Assembly: GCF_026571515.1 (NCBI RefSeq)
Contig: NW_026863539.1
Location: 1-64,000, forward strand
Direction: 5' to 3'
DNA from: Ruditapes philippinarum
Taxonomy: Eukaryota
Length of the DNA stretch: 64,000 bases
In this document: positions 52,597 through 64,000 of the stretch, in pieces
Layout: each line of letters opens with the position of its first letter
Position numbering within the stretch: position 1 is the first letter of the stretch
Position numbers and translations under genes: made by a program
The notes under the pieces: model-generated
The model's input: the letters and a program-made list of their open reading frames with translations, nothing else
Databases searched by the model: none
What the model was told of the DNA's origin: nothing

Positions 52597-55481
52597 ATGT
52601 GTCTAATACCTTATATTACGGCCAATATCTTACTGGCTTTAATTTGCAATGGTAAGTAATTTCTTCTTTTAACAAATCCGGTGCTATCGTCTGTCTGTGA
52701 AGCGTTATGAGCCATAGAAATCATAAACTTGTCAATTCAGATAAAACAATTTTCGACATGTACATTGTTACATTGTTTTTCGTTTTGTAAAAACCACAGG
52801 ACGTTTTTAACACATATGTTATCCAAGATTAGAAGAAGACACCGAACCATATGTCAGTTCTTATTTGGAATTTCGCTTATTTAATTGTTATACAACTTAG
52901 TAATGATTTGCGTTAAAAAGTCTTAAATCAGCACGCCTCACGATTCATGTTAAGTTTCATGAAAATTTTGGAAATATAATTTTTAAATTAAAAGTAAAAT
53001 ATTGTGAGATGGACAAATAAAGCAATTTACATATTGCAATCGGCACTTACAATCCAAGAAAATGACCAAAAAGTGGTCACACATTGCAAAAACAGCCCTC
53101 ACTGCATTAATAACGCAGTAGAAATATGGTGATTTAATACTGCAAAAGATGTCTTTAACCATATATAACATGTAAAATATTCCTTGGGTCTTAAATTAAT
53201 TTTTACCTTTCTTAAAATTTTAGTACATTTTTCTCAAGTTTGATTTTCCTGAAATATGTTGGCTCATCTAAAGACGTGCAGCTTTAAAGATGAACAGTTT
53301 CAAGTTGTTTTCAAATTTCATTTTTCTTTTTACTTCTAAAAGCTGCTGCGGTTTCTGTTCTGTCCGAACCAGAGGATGGAAAGGTAAATATAACTAAATT
53401 GTTAAAGGGAGACACACGCAAAATTTAATAATTTCTTCGTTTTGAATGTTTTATTCATTATTCTGTAAATGTCCACAAAATTGATACAACATGCTTAGGC
53501 TATAAAAATGTCTTTTTAGCGTAATATGAGTACATGAGATCATTTTAATATTTTTGTCATTATTTTGCCTGAGTATCCCTGTCTATCAATAGACAATACA
53601 TAAAAGTTATATTGCTGTAACGTTAGTTACATAGGGGACCTGTGTTATGCTTTCATACTTTTCTTGAGTAGATAAAAAATGATAGGGTCACTTGGAGGCT
53701 GACACTATGTTTATGTCTCGTACTCAAGTGTAAAATAGATTTATTTATTTCACCATCAAGCTGAAGTCAGATTTCTGTACACAATGTAACTTGATGTTCA
53801 ATTGTCTGACTTGATATTTAGAATACATTGAATTATAAAAGCCATTAATACACTTGTTACTATATATAGTACAGAAATTGCCTATGATTTCAACTGATTA
53901 TGAGTGTCACGTGACTATTATGAGTTTGCAGCCCGGGGCCGAGAACTAGTTATCAGCCCGCAGAACATGTGCACGTGCACAAACTGAAACAATGACGTCA
54001 TATTTTACGTCATCAAACAGTAAACGGTAAAAGTGAAAGTAGGTTGTCAGCACGAATCGCTTTATTTCTATTATGAGAGTCAAGCGTATTAAGTACAAAC
54101 ACATTTTTGTTACTGTTGAAATTTGAAGAAATAATACGACAAATTCATCCCGAAAAAAAATGAAAATAAAACTTGCTTCTAGATTCTACTGCTTTGAACA
54201 CACAAACAGTAAACGTCTCTGTACAGAACAGTAGAAGAGTAGACAAGAATTTCAACGAAAGAACTTCAAAGTATTTGTTGTTGTTTTTTTGTTTTGTTTT
54301 TTAAAAATGCTACTTTTAGATCTACCAAGTGTATTAAAGACATTAATACACGTCAGAGTAGGGCCGGAAGGTGATAATCGACCCTGAATGAATAATGGCA
54401 CTCGGGCTAAAGCCCTCGTGTCCATTATTCATTTTGCGGGCCGATTATCACCTTCCGGCCCTCTCCTGTCGTGTATTAACCTCTTATTTATTATCTTCAG
54501 GCAAGCAGTTACCTTATTGGAAAGTGGAGACTTTGGTACACCTTTTTCGATGTTAATTATGATGGGGTCATATCTATTGACGAGTTTAAACAATATGAGT
54601 AAGTGTGGAAACATTTCTAATCAAAAGCATCTTTTTTTTAAAAAAAATGGGCAATACTGTATCTCTGAATAAGAAAAATGGCTAATGGCAATACCATAAT
54701 TGTCGAGCAATTTCTGCAGTTTCTTCACAAGTGCTTATTTCACACTGAGAGCTTTTCAAAGTATCTTAATTGTTCCGTACTAAATACATGTGTAGTAAGT
54801 AGCGTTACGTGTCGTCATGTAATAATTCGTCTTTATATAGGCGTATTGATGGTAAATCAGTATACAGGAAATGTATATAATTAGCATTATTTCGTTTACA
54901 TATTTCAATTTCAATTTATTAATAAGACAATAATAGTTATATTCTGTATCAATTTGTGGGAATGAGCAATTCATCAATATTAGGTGTTGATATTTATAAT
55001 ATTTATCTAAATGCTAAAAAAACCAATATTTTTGTTTATTTTTTCTAGTTTTATATTCGACAAAGGTCTAGATAATGTTAATAATGGACAACTTAAGACC
55101 AAAAAAGTTAGGTTTTTCAAGCTATGGAAGACGGTTGTCTTAAATAACAAGAAAGAAATCTCGAAAGATGAGTTCACAGCATTGATGACGCAAAGATTTG
55201 AAGCTGACAAAACTGGCTTCATTGATATGATAAAAGAATATGAACTGGCATTGTGCAAATTAGTAGACATAAACGGAGATGACTTCATATCAAGAGAGGA
55301 ATTCGTGATGAACCTTTTTGCAGTAGGACACCGTAATAAGACTAAAGAATTTTTTCTCGCCTTTCTGCCTAAAAATGGAAAGATTCACGTACAAAAAATA
55401 ATATCTGAAATTATACGATTTACAACTGAGAATTTTGAGTCAACAGATATTTTCAAAAACGAATACGAATCAGACATATAA
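52597..55481 (+). CDS. Signal-peptide-bearing SCP/calexcitin-like EF-hand protein, copy 3 (divergent)
   Basis: Exons 52597-52651 (MCLIPYITANILLALICN; alternative in-frame ATG at 52579), 53343-53383, 54501-54598 (YLIGKWRLWYTFF-DVNYDGVISIDE), 55049-55481 (EF3 DINGDDFISREE). Same 41- and 98-nt internal exons as copies 1 and 2. Confidence 0.9.
54343..54479. repeat. Long imperfect hairpin ending a repeat in intron 2 of copy 3 (Crypton-like end candidate)
   Basis: TTAATACACG..AG..AGGGCCGGAAGGTGATAATCG / CGATTATCACCTTCCGGCCCT..CT..CGTGTATTAA, with an inner ATGAATAATGG-CACTCGGGCTAAAGCCCTCGTG-CCATTATTCAT stem. Confidence 0.7.
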
Positions 55482-56744
55482 ACATATAAAAAAAGTTCAA
55501 ATCATTTATTGAAAAGGTTCCGTTCCTTGAAATAAAGTAAAAACTAGATACAAATGTTAGTTATTTTATATTAGATGAGTTGCATTTAGAAAATATTAAA
55601 TAATCGGGTTGATACCTCATTTGTTCCGTTCCCACAATAAAATGACCTCGTTATTAAATCATTTTGTTCCTATCAATTATGGTTTGACTATCGTTATGAA
55701 TTACCTCCGCGTAAAAAGTATTCAATTGGCTAGAATCATTGTCAACTGCTATGACACTTAGTGTTAACTATTATTTACAATGTTAACAGTAGAGTCTTTA
55801 AAATGACAGGTTCTCACCGTAAAGAATCTGGTTTTTACATTGTTGATGGAAAAACAGGGATTCTGCACACAAGACTAACAAGTTCCAGTAATTGGTAGCT
55901 TGCACTCCATTCAGTGTTTACAATTTGAAATATCGTAATGTTCAAATCAAAGTCTTCCATTACACATATAAACAAAAATGCAAATCAAAGCCATAAAATA
56001 TACCTTATTCTATCATTTTAAAGAACAATGCAACATTGCTAAAAAATCTTTTTCAGACAAAGTACATCATTTAGTCAGCAAAACAAAATAAAATATTTGA
56101 ACCAGATGATAAGTGTAAAAATTATACCAAGAAAAAAGGGTTGAGAAAAATTAAAAAATGAAGCATTGACTATGACAAAGTCATTTGCTAATTTATTTGT
56201 ATTAGAAAATCTAAAATGAAAGTCAACGTATTCGTATATCCAGAAAATGCTTTAAAATTGTTGCAGTCATATATGCAATATGCGTTAAAATATGTTAACA
56301 TTTACAAACACATTTTTAAATATATTTTACTTCTAAAGTGGCTGTAGGCTTTGATACAATTGCTATGATGTAATACAACGTCATTGCTTCTTTCCCTATG
56401 CAGAACGTGAAAATCTTAAAGTCCTACCTTTTGCATATCTTTTTTGTGCGTAAAAATGGCTTTACCTCCTTATGTAAATAAGGTTTAACTTTTAAATATG
56501 AAAACGCGAGATATATGCGAACATTATATGTTTGAAACTTGTAATGTAAGGATATGACATTTTTATGAATCATTAACTAGTTTATAATTAGCTAAACATT
56601 GACCATGTTCTTGAAAACATTATCATACAGCTGGTTCTATCAAAACACAACTTCCAACAAAAAACAATATGCGATCACAAAGCAAGTCGACGTGTTCTAT
56701 ACTAAATAAAAAGTTTTAAGCAGAGATCCAACACACGATACATA

Positions 56745-56872
56745 TTTTGTTTGATCACACCGACACATTATAGGTCATTTGGCTACGTTCCAGCTTTACT
56801 GGTTGAGGAAGATCTCTTGTGCCCCTCAGTGCATTTTTTTCAGGCACGGACGGGTACCTGAGTAGATCCACC
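56745..56872 (-). mobile_element. SINE family 1 3' fragment
   Basis: CAGCTTTACTGGTTGAGGAAGA...CAGGCACGGACGGGTACCTGAGTAGA matches 11170-11300. Other decayed copies at ~37420-37560 and ~44883-44960. Confidence 0.75.
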
Positions 56873-57094
56873 TACGATACATATCTCACGTACGTAACTG
56901 TAAATATCATAAAAAAACTCATTACTAATGAAACTTTAAACACGAAGGAAAAATATTTCTTAATTATGAAAATAAAATCAAAACCCATGAAGATAAAGAA
57001 CAATGTGTTGCTTTTTCCTAATGAAATGAAAAGGCAAAGCAGATACTTAAGACTGGTGAGGTCATTTCAACATCATCGATTCCCGATTTCTTTT

Positions 57095-57303
57095 TCGTGA
57101 ATTGACTAATTTAATTGAATTCCTGAAGTTAAACTCGTGAATTAGTGAAATTGAATTCGAGAATTCATGAAACTGAAATCGTGAATTCATTAAGCTGAAA
57201 TCGTGAACTCGTGAATTTCGCATGTTGAAAACGTGAATGCACGAAGTTAAAATTGTGAATTCACAAATTCATGATGTTGAAATGTCCCCGCCGATCTTTC
57301 GTA
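57095..57303. mobile_element. Solo end of an IS3EU-type element with a TCGTGAA subterminal array
   Basis: The end reads TACGAAAGATCGGCGGGGAC on the minus strand, versus TACGAAAGACCGGTGGTGAC for the full element. Confidence 0.65.
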
Positions 57304-58084
57304 TTATCGTATTCAGTAAAGACAATGTGAAACCCTGATCAATATACATGCTTTGTGATGCAGTACAATGTATAACAATTATAATAACATAAATGAATTT
57401 ATAAAATGAAACATCTGTCCACAAAACAAGCTTCCCAGAAAATTATCAACAACGAATAAATATCATGTGATCCATTAAAGAATCGTAGGCTATTATTACG
57501 CATTTTAATTCTTTAAACAAAGAACATTGTATAATGCAGATGGTTTGCTTACAAAGTTCGTGATAAATATACATGTATATTATATGATTTCAAAAATACT
57601 GATCATCCTAATGATATTCACGTGGTCAACATGCTTCAGCAGCAGGCCTCCAAATTGTAAAATGATATTCAATATTACTGGCCGTTTAATTCATGAACCA
57701 AAGATGACAAAATATTCTTGTGACATTGACAATAACGGAAATCTAGCGGAGATGTAATTTTAATAATAATGCTTTACTAACTTAATTACAAAAGACAATA
57801 TCAATTAGAAAAAAGTGAAATAACTTTGCAACATGAGTTTAAATATTTAATATAGCAAATGATGCAGCTGAAAATGGCATGAGTAAATACAGGTAGCTAC
57901 AAGAAAAGAATTGATGCAAAACATCAAAAGTGACGCCGAAATATATTTGATCAAGACTTTCACCTTAGTACTTTACAGAACATGTATATTTTTTTAAATA
58001 CCATTGTATGTGACCTTGAGGCTAGGATGATCTGTCTTCTCAAGATGTAAAGACAATTTATAGTCAATTAACCAATTACTTATA

Positions 58085-58490
58085 AGACTCTTTCCATAAA
58101 AGAGAATATTTTTCAGATTTATTTTACCAGATACAGGGATACCGGAGTCATCAGCATATCATGAAAGCTAATTGCTTAGGGTTACAGACATGTCATTGAC
58201 ATATATAAGACATATTAGGGGACCTAAAAAGAACCCCTGGGGGACACCATATGTACTCGGATCAGCCACATCCACCAGTTGCTGTCTTTTAGAGATTAGA
58301 CTTGAACCAGGTAAGAATAACCTATGCCAGATGCTTGAAAATGCATGTGCGGTGTTGTGTGATCAACTGTCTCAAATGTCTTTTGTAAATATAAAGCATC
58401 AATCATACAATACTGCCGTTGTTAATTTCAAACAATCTGTTGAGTGAATCAAACATGATTCAGTTGAAAAACCACTTCTTAACCCTGATC
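58085..58490 (-). mobile_element. Decayed non-LTR retrotransposon (CR1/L2-like) reverse transcriptase fragment
   Basis: Minus-strand remnants in the expected order: SGLRSGFST, LQKTFETVDH, YGVPQGFFLGPLICLIYVNDM, YADDSG, with stops. Confidence 0.85.
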
Positions 58491-60789
58491 GAAACTGCCT
58501 GACCATGACTCGAGTCCATGACCGTCAGAAGACAAACTGGGCTATCCGGCCGGCTACATATGATCTCTAATACAACGTGCCTAAATTACAAGACACAGAC
58601 ACAAGCGCAACAACTTTTTCCACCATTTAAAACAAAATGCCACCATATTAATGTCAGTATAATATGTCATATTAAAACATTTACGTATTATCTTAAAAAA
58701 TATCAAAACTTTTCTTCAAAAGGTCACTATGTTTGCTATTTCATTTTTTTTTATTAAACAAAATATATTATTGAAATTTAAAAGTTAACACATTTCATGG
58801 CATAAGAAACGATACGAATGTTCTTGCTGTGTCGACCTCTTAATCTTGTAGCACTCCAGAACTTATCAAATACTCTTATGTTCTAAACTAATAGTGTAGT
58901 ATTTCCCATTTAATAATTGTATCCTTCTACAATATCGAATTCTGATTGCCTTTGGTCTTTTTGTTGTTCTACTAGCTATCTTATACTGTTATCTTAAAAT
59001 ATTCTTTCATTTGCTTCATTTTCTTCTATTGTCATCTTTGTTTCCCATTATGATTTTAATACCTCCATTGTTGCTGGGTTTTTTTTCAAGTTAATCATTC
59101 TATAAGTAAGCGTCGTTCTTTGTCTTCCCTTGAATTCATTTACTGTCACAGTCATTAAGTCTACATGTTCTCTGCTTCCGTGCATTTTTCTTCTAGTGAC
59201 TCCTCTTTAATTTCCTCAATACTTTAGCTGTCTTTTCTGAAATTACTTTTCTCCTCTTATCTTTCTTTTATCTTCTTGCCTTTGACTCTCCAATCTGTTT
59301 GCCCGCTTCCACTTCACTGTCTTGTTTAACTGTCGCTACATATACCTCTATCATTTCTGTAACTTTTACCTTTACAAAGTTCCTGCTCTTTTCCATATCT
59401 CTTGTTTGTGATCAGTTAAGCTCTCTTTCTGGTTTTTCGATAAATTGTAGTCATATTTATGGGCATGCCCTCTGGTATAAGAATATGAAGAACATTATAA
59501 TCACGCTCCTCACTAGTGCGGCCACGATCTCTTAACCCGGATACATGCATTTTCCCTTGTACCTCTCTTTATATTTTCTTCCTCTTTCTGTATATATGTT
59601 TCCTTTTCATTATTGCCAATACCAACCAACTAATTTTCTTGATGTAAATAATATCGGTGCAGTGTCTTAACTGTACCAACTTGACATGTAATTTCTCAAA
59701 CAGTTATAAGCTAATTCTTTTACTTTCTCTTTCTCATTTATAGTTAAGCTCCTCAAATCTTTCTATCTCATTGTGTGTTTGTTGTCAATGTTGTTGTTGT
59801 TGTCGTTGTTTGTTTTTTGTAGTTTTTTTTTTGGTTTATTTTTGGGCGGGTTTAAGGCGGGGAGGGGCTCGTGTTAAGTTTTGTTTTTGTGTTGATTTGA
59901 CCTAGCAGACCACTTGTTTTTTTTCTTTTCTCTTCCCGGTTCTTCATTTCCGTTAGTTACTGTTTGAAATATATTGGTCCACCTTTGGGTTCATTTCCAA
60001 TTTTAATGCATTTATCGGTGGATGTTTTGAACATGTATTTGGCCATGCCTAAGTCAGAGAAGAAGACGTCAAGCATATGCTGTATGCAGTGAAGTAATTC
60101 AGGTGACAGTTACATGACTAGATAGATGCAAATTTTGACAAAGGGAAACCCGATAAAAAAAAACCTTAACGGACTTCTACATCACAGATGAAAATCTTTC
60201 ATATGCGAACTAGTGACAACAGACTAAATGGTGTTAACTTGATTAAATTCAGTTCAAAATGACAGTGATATCAAACAATCACAGTGGAAAATATACAATT
60301 AAAAAACAAAAACAAAAAACACACACAAAGAATTTATAAATTGATTTATTAACGGACGGAACATAGATGAAACATTATTCATTGCAGTACTGTAATGTTG
60401 AAAATGATAATGTTCAATCACCACAACAAAAATGTGCAATTTGACTGTAAAATCACAAGTTCTAGCAGTCATTAAGGGACACCCATTGAATAATTACTTT
60501 TTCTTTTATACAAAAGTATAATATTGAATTTTGTTCTGTTATAAATAATAACAGATTATTATTAGAATTGGGTGAAATTGATAATGAAATGTTATTGTTA
60601 GGTCATTAGAAATATCATTTTAATTTTGAACAGAATGTAATAAATTTAACATCATTTTTGTCGCAATATTGCTCACATTACTTTGTAGTATATACTATCG
60701 ATAGATCTTTTTCTTACAAAAAAAAACAACATGTTTTCTTGTTGTGTGGTTCCAAAATTCCTACTTGAATAATGTTGAATCACCCTATT

Positions 60790-61045
60790 TTGTTCAGTTT
60801 CGCCCATTGTTTTCTCGTTTAAGGCACACGCTTTTTATTACTTGGGGACCATAAGCCGCTTTTCATGGAATGACATTATTGTGTTTCATTGAAGGTTCCA
60901 TGATAACCGCCGTATGAACACATCTACGGATATTTCTAAATTCAAAATTTTAACTTTTTATGTTTAAATGATAAATTCTGCTTAAGACGGTGCTAGCGGG
61001 CGTGGACGGTGTACCGTCCATGATCAGGCTAAATCAAACCGAGCC
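60790..61045. repeat. Second copy of the 775-1065 repeat
   Basis: Same-orientation alignment by eye. Confidence 0.7.
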
Positions 61046-61508
61046 TTCAACATTTTCAGTTTTGCCGTAATGAGCTCTTTTTTTTTCAGGGATTCTTATT
61101 TTTTAAATTTTTTTTCAGCTCATATTGATATACTTTTTTATACGATGTTTTTGATTGCTTAATTATACATATAACTTCCATAATTCAACACTTTCATTGC
61201 AACGGTTATAAATAAATTATATCGACGCTTATGATGTGGTGTAAATTTAAGGTAGTCTAATTTCACATCTTAACATGGGACTGCATTTTGTATGATTCAT
61301 GAATCAAATGTGTTTAAAAGGCAAAGGCAGGACGCCTTGATAATTCCTGGAAATGTTAACTTAATCAGTTTTGCATAATGTATGTATAATATGACAAAAA
61401 AACAAATGAAATGCTCGTATAAATTGCTGTCCATTTGAGCATTATTTTGTAGACAGGAGAAGCGGTGAACAATTGTTTGCTAGGAAAGATATTTATAATA
61501 TTCGGAAT

Positions 61509-63951
61509 ATGCTTTATGTAACAGTTCTTATCGTATTGGCATTAAGTTGTAGTGGTAAGTAAGTGTTGGGGTTTTTTTTATTAGTAAATTATGAATACAT
61601 TATTGACACACTATCTGAAAATTTAAATCTTGATTGCATCCGAAAAGGCACGATAATTAAGGGAACAGTTTTAAAAAGTCAGGGCTCTGTGGTTCGAGAC
61701 TTACTGTTAGTACCAATGATATTTTTCTCGTTCTTTATTTTGCAGTTTATTTTAAAAGAAATGGCAAACATGCAAACATGCAGCGAAACTCATTAATATA
61801 TATGTTTTGTCTTGTTTGTTTTAACATTTAGTGATTTTAATTCTATTTAATTTTAAATATTAATTCTTAAATAGAGTATATTGTATGAATGCAGATTCAA
61901 TATTGGGTTGACTGAAGATAGCGAAAGAGTTGAATAAAATTATATACTGCGAGTCCCTGGCGAGCATTATTATGTTATTCAACGAGTTCAATATCTAGTC
62001 GAATATAATATAGAAAAAAAATATTGAATGAGTGTAAGTGCAATACTGAATTTATTGCACAAGTTGAATAAGAGGCTCGCATAATATTATTTTATTCAAC
62101 GAGTGCAATAAATTTGGTAATGAACTTACACAAATTTAATATTTTATTTATCACATACCCAAAATAAGGACCGTTTAAAGTGAAATAAGAGTCATTTTTC
62201 ATTGACGCGCCTATAGTTTAACGCTAACATTTAGCGCGTCATTACACTATGTTTGTATAACGCTAATGACGTCAGAACAAAATATATGCACGGCCGTGCA
62301 ATACCATATTTACGGAGTCGCAAAATCGGCACGGGTGTGTGATAAATAGAAATTACTGACATTGTGCTATACCTCCTGAGTATTCTTTTTATGTTCCAGA
62401 ACTTTACTGTTCGTATAATCAGTATGCAATTGACAGGCTAATGAAAATTAACGATACATTTTTACGAAAACTTGTGTTTTATGTCGATGCAGTGTCTGTT
62501 CTTTAGTGTTCAAAAAAAATTCTCATGCTATTTTTTTTTTGTTCAAAAAAAGTTAAACAGAATATTTTTCCTACACATTCATTAATTACCTTTTATTAAA
62601 ATGTTGCATCTTTATTTAAAATAACAATACATCATATACAAAGTCCGTCAGTTTTGCTTGTTCCTTTTATTATGTTTAAAATAAATATTTAAGTATATTA
62701 GTTATTTATAATTACTTATAAACAGCTTTACAAACGGATTGAATCCATGAATTTAAGAATGGAAGATACCAAATATATCAAAGCATTAAAACATTATAGA
62801 CACCATTTCATATAAAGCCGTTCTGCAAACAGTTTTTGACTAAAATATTAGTCTTTTAGAGCCGCAGTGACTTGTAGCACTTGTATTTGTTGTCTCTTCT
62901 ACTTCTACATTTAGGCGTTGATATGTTCATCCGTTCAACACCACCAGAAAGAAAGGTAAATATAACTATACTTCTTACTGAGTAACAAACACTACATTGA
63001 AGTTATAATTCGTTCTGCAATATGTAAAATGAGACAACTTGATGGTTGACAATTGTGGCATTTGCTACTGTGATACAATTTATAACTTATCTTTAAATGT
63101 TCGGGTTACATACTAACACATCTATGAAAAAAATATATTACACTATAAGAATTGTCCTATGATACATACATGCTAATTCATTTCACAATACAATTATATG
63201 CGGCAAATGTCAATGTCTCTGCAATATTGACCTAAGATTTTTGTTAGTTTCCGTAATCCATTTCGATTTTACTTATTGATTTCTAATGATAGGAAAGTTC
63301 TCGATTCTTCATCAAGTTTCGCAAAATATTATTTAAAAAAATCTAAGAGTCTTAAAATCTTATCGCCGGGGCTATTTAGGCACGTGTTGCTTCGGTAACT
63401 TTAAGTAAGACATACGCAGCCATAATTTAAAATCCGTATAATTTACTTCGGAATCCGACGACTAACGGCAAAAGGTCATTGAATATTCAAATGTCTCAGT
63501 TAAATATTGACAAACAATAACGTCTGTTCATACTAGACTTGTGTATTATTCATATATTAAGAAGTATAAATGCTTGTCAGATTGTAGAATGGACAATTTT
63601 TTTTATAGATGTTACCGGAACGCGGCAAATGTGGGATTTTCCGAGCTAATCTCTCGTTACATACAACCTTTTAGCATTAAAGCTTTACAAATACGTCAAC
63701 ACTTATTTTCAAAGATTTAACTGTAAAAGATTGTTTTTATCCCCGGATTTTCTTAGAAAATCCAAAATATTCTTAATTTTGGAGTAAGTATGTAATTGTA
63801 ATTGTCATTATCTGTGTTTTAAACTGTTAAGAAGTACAATTTATTGTCTTCAGGCGAGCAGAAACCTTATTAAAAAATGGGGACAGTGGTATACATTTAG
63901 TGACGTCAATCATGACGAGGTTATATCAGATGATGACTTCGAACAATTTGA
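61509..63951 (+). CDS. Signal-peptide-bearing SCP/calexcitin-like EF-hand protein, copy 4 (3'-partial; last exon outside the window)
   Basis: Exons 61509-61554 (MLYVTVLIVLALSCS), 62915-62955 (41 nt), 63854-63951 (98 nt; NLIKKWGQWYTFS-DVNHDEVISDDD). Same phases as the paralogs. Confidence 0.85.
61900..62347. mobile_element. Non-autonomous repeat in intron 1 of copy 4, related to 22960-23920
   Basis: AACGAGT(T/G)CAATA repeats and inverted TATTTATCACA(T/C)ACCC (~62146-62160 / ~62333-62347). Confidence 0.55.
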
Positions 63952-64000
63952 GTAAGTAAAGAAATATATCTTATTGTAAAACCCCGCAATTAGTGTCAGA

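Noticed and set aside
58790-59720. Pyrimidine-rich tract as a LINE ORF1 remnant
   Set aside because: Position upstream of the RT fragment is compatible, but no motif could be read, so it was left unassigned.

Overview
AT-rich eukaryotic (metazoan) genomic DNA with GT-AG introns and N-gaps. The SINE/MITE repertoire resembles that of bivalve molluscs (inference; not proven). Left third: two convergent paralogous multi-exon genes for a mosaic protein built from Sushi/CCP x2, V-like and C-like Ig domains and a peritrophin-A (ChtBD2) chitin-binding domain. The + copy (3.1-7.2 kb) is pseudogenised and partly duplicated. The - copy (12.5-20.8 kb) has a type II membrane anchor, a Tyr-repeat N-terminal tail and two decayed internal Ig exons. 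Middle: a 7.26-kb DDE transposon (28176-35431) with 37-bp perfect TIRs (TAC...GTA) and a 6-bp TSD, i.e. IS3EU-type, whose spliced transposase starts with a signal-peptide-like segment; several non-autonomous relatives are also present. Right half: a tandem array of four + strand genes (four exons; the last copy truncated by the window edge) for sarcoplasmic-calcium-binding-protein/calexcitin-like EF-hand proteins that carry N-terminal signal peptides; copies 1 and 2 lie in a segmental duplication. The rest is SINEs, foldback/hairpin elements, microsatellites, a decayed LINE RT fragment and a perfect 87-bp palindrome. All exon models were built by hand from splice consensus and reading phase; no database searches were run.
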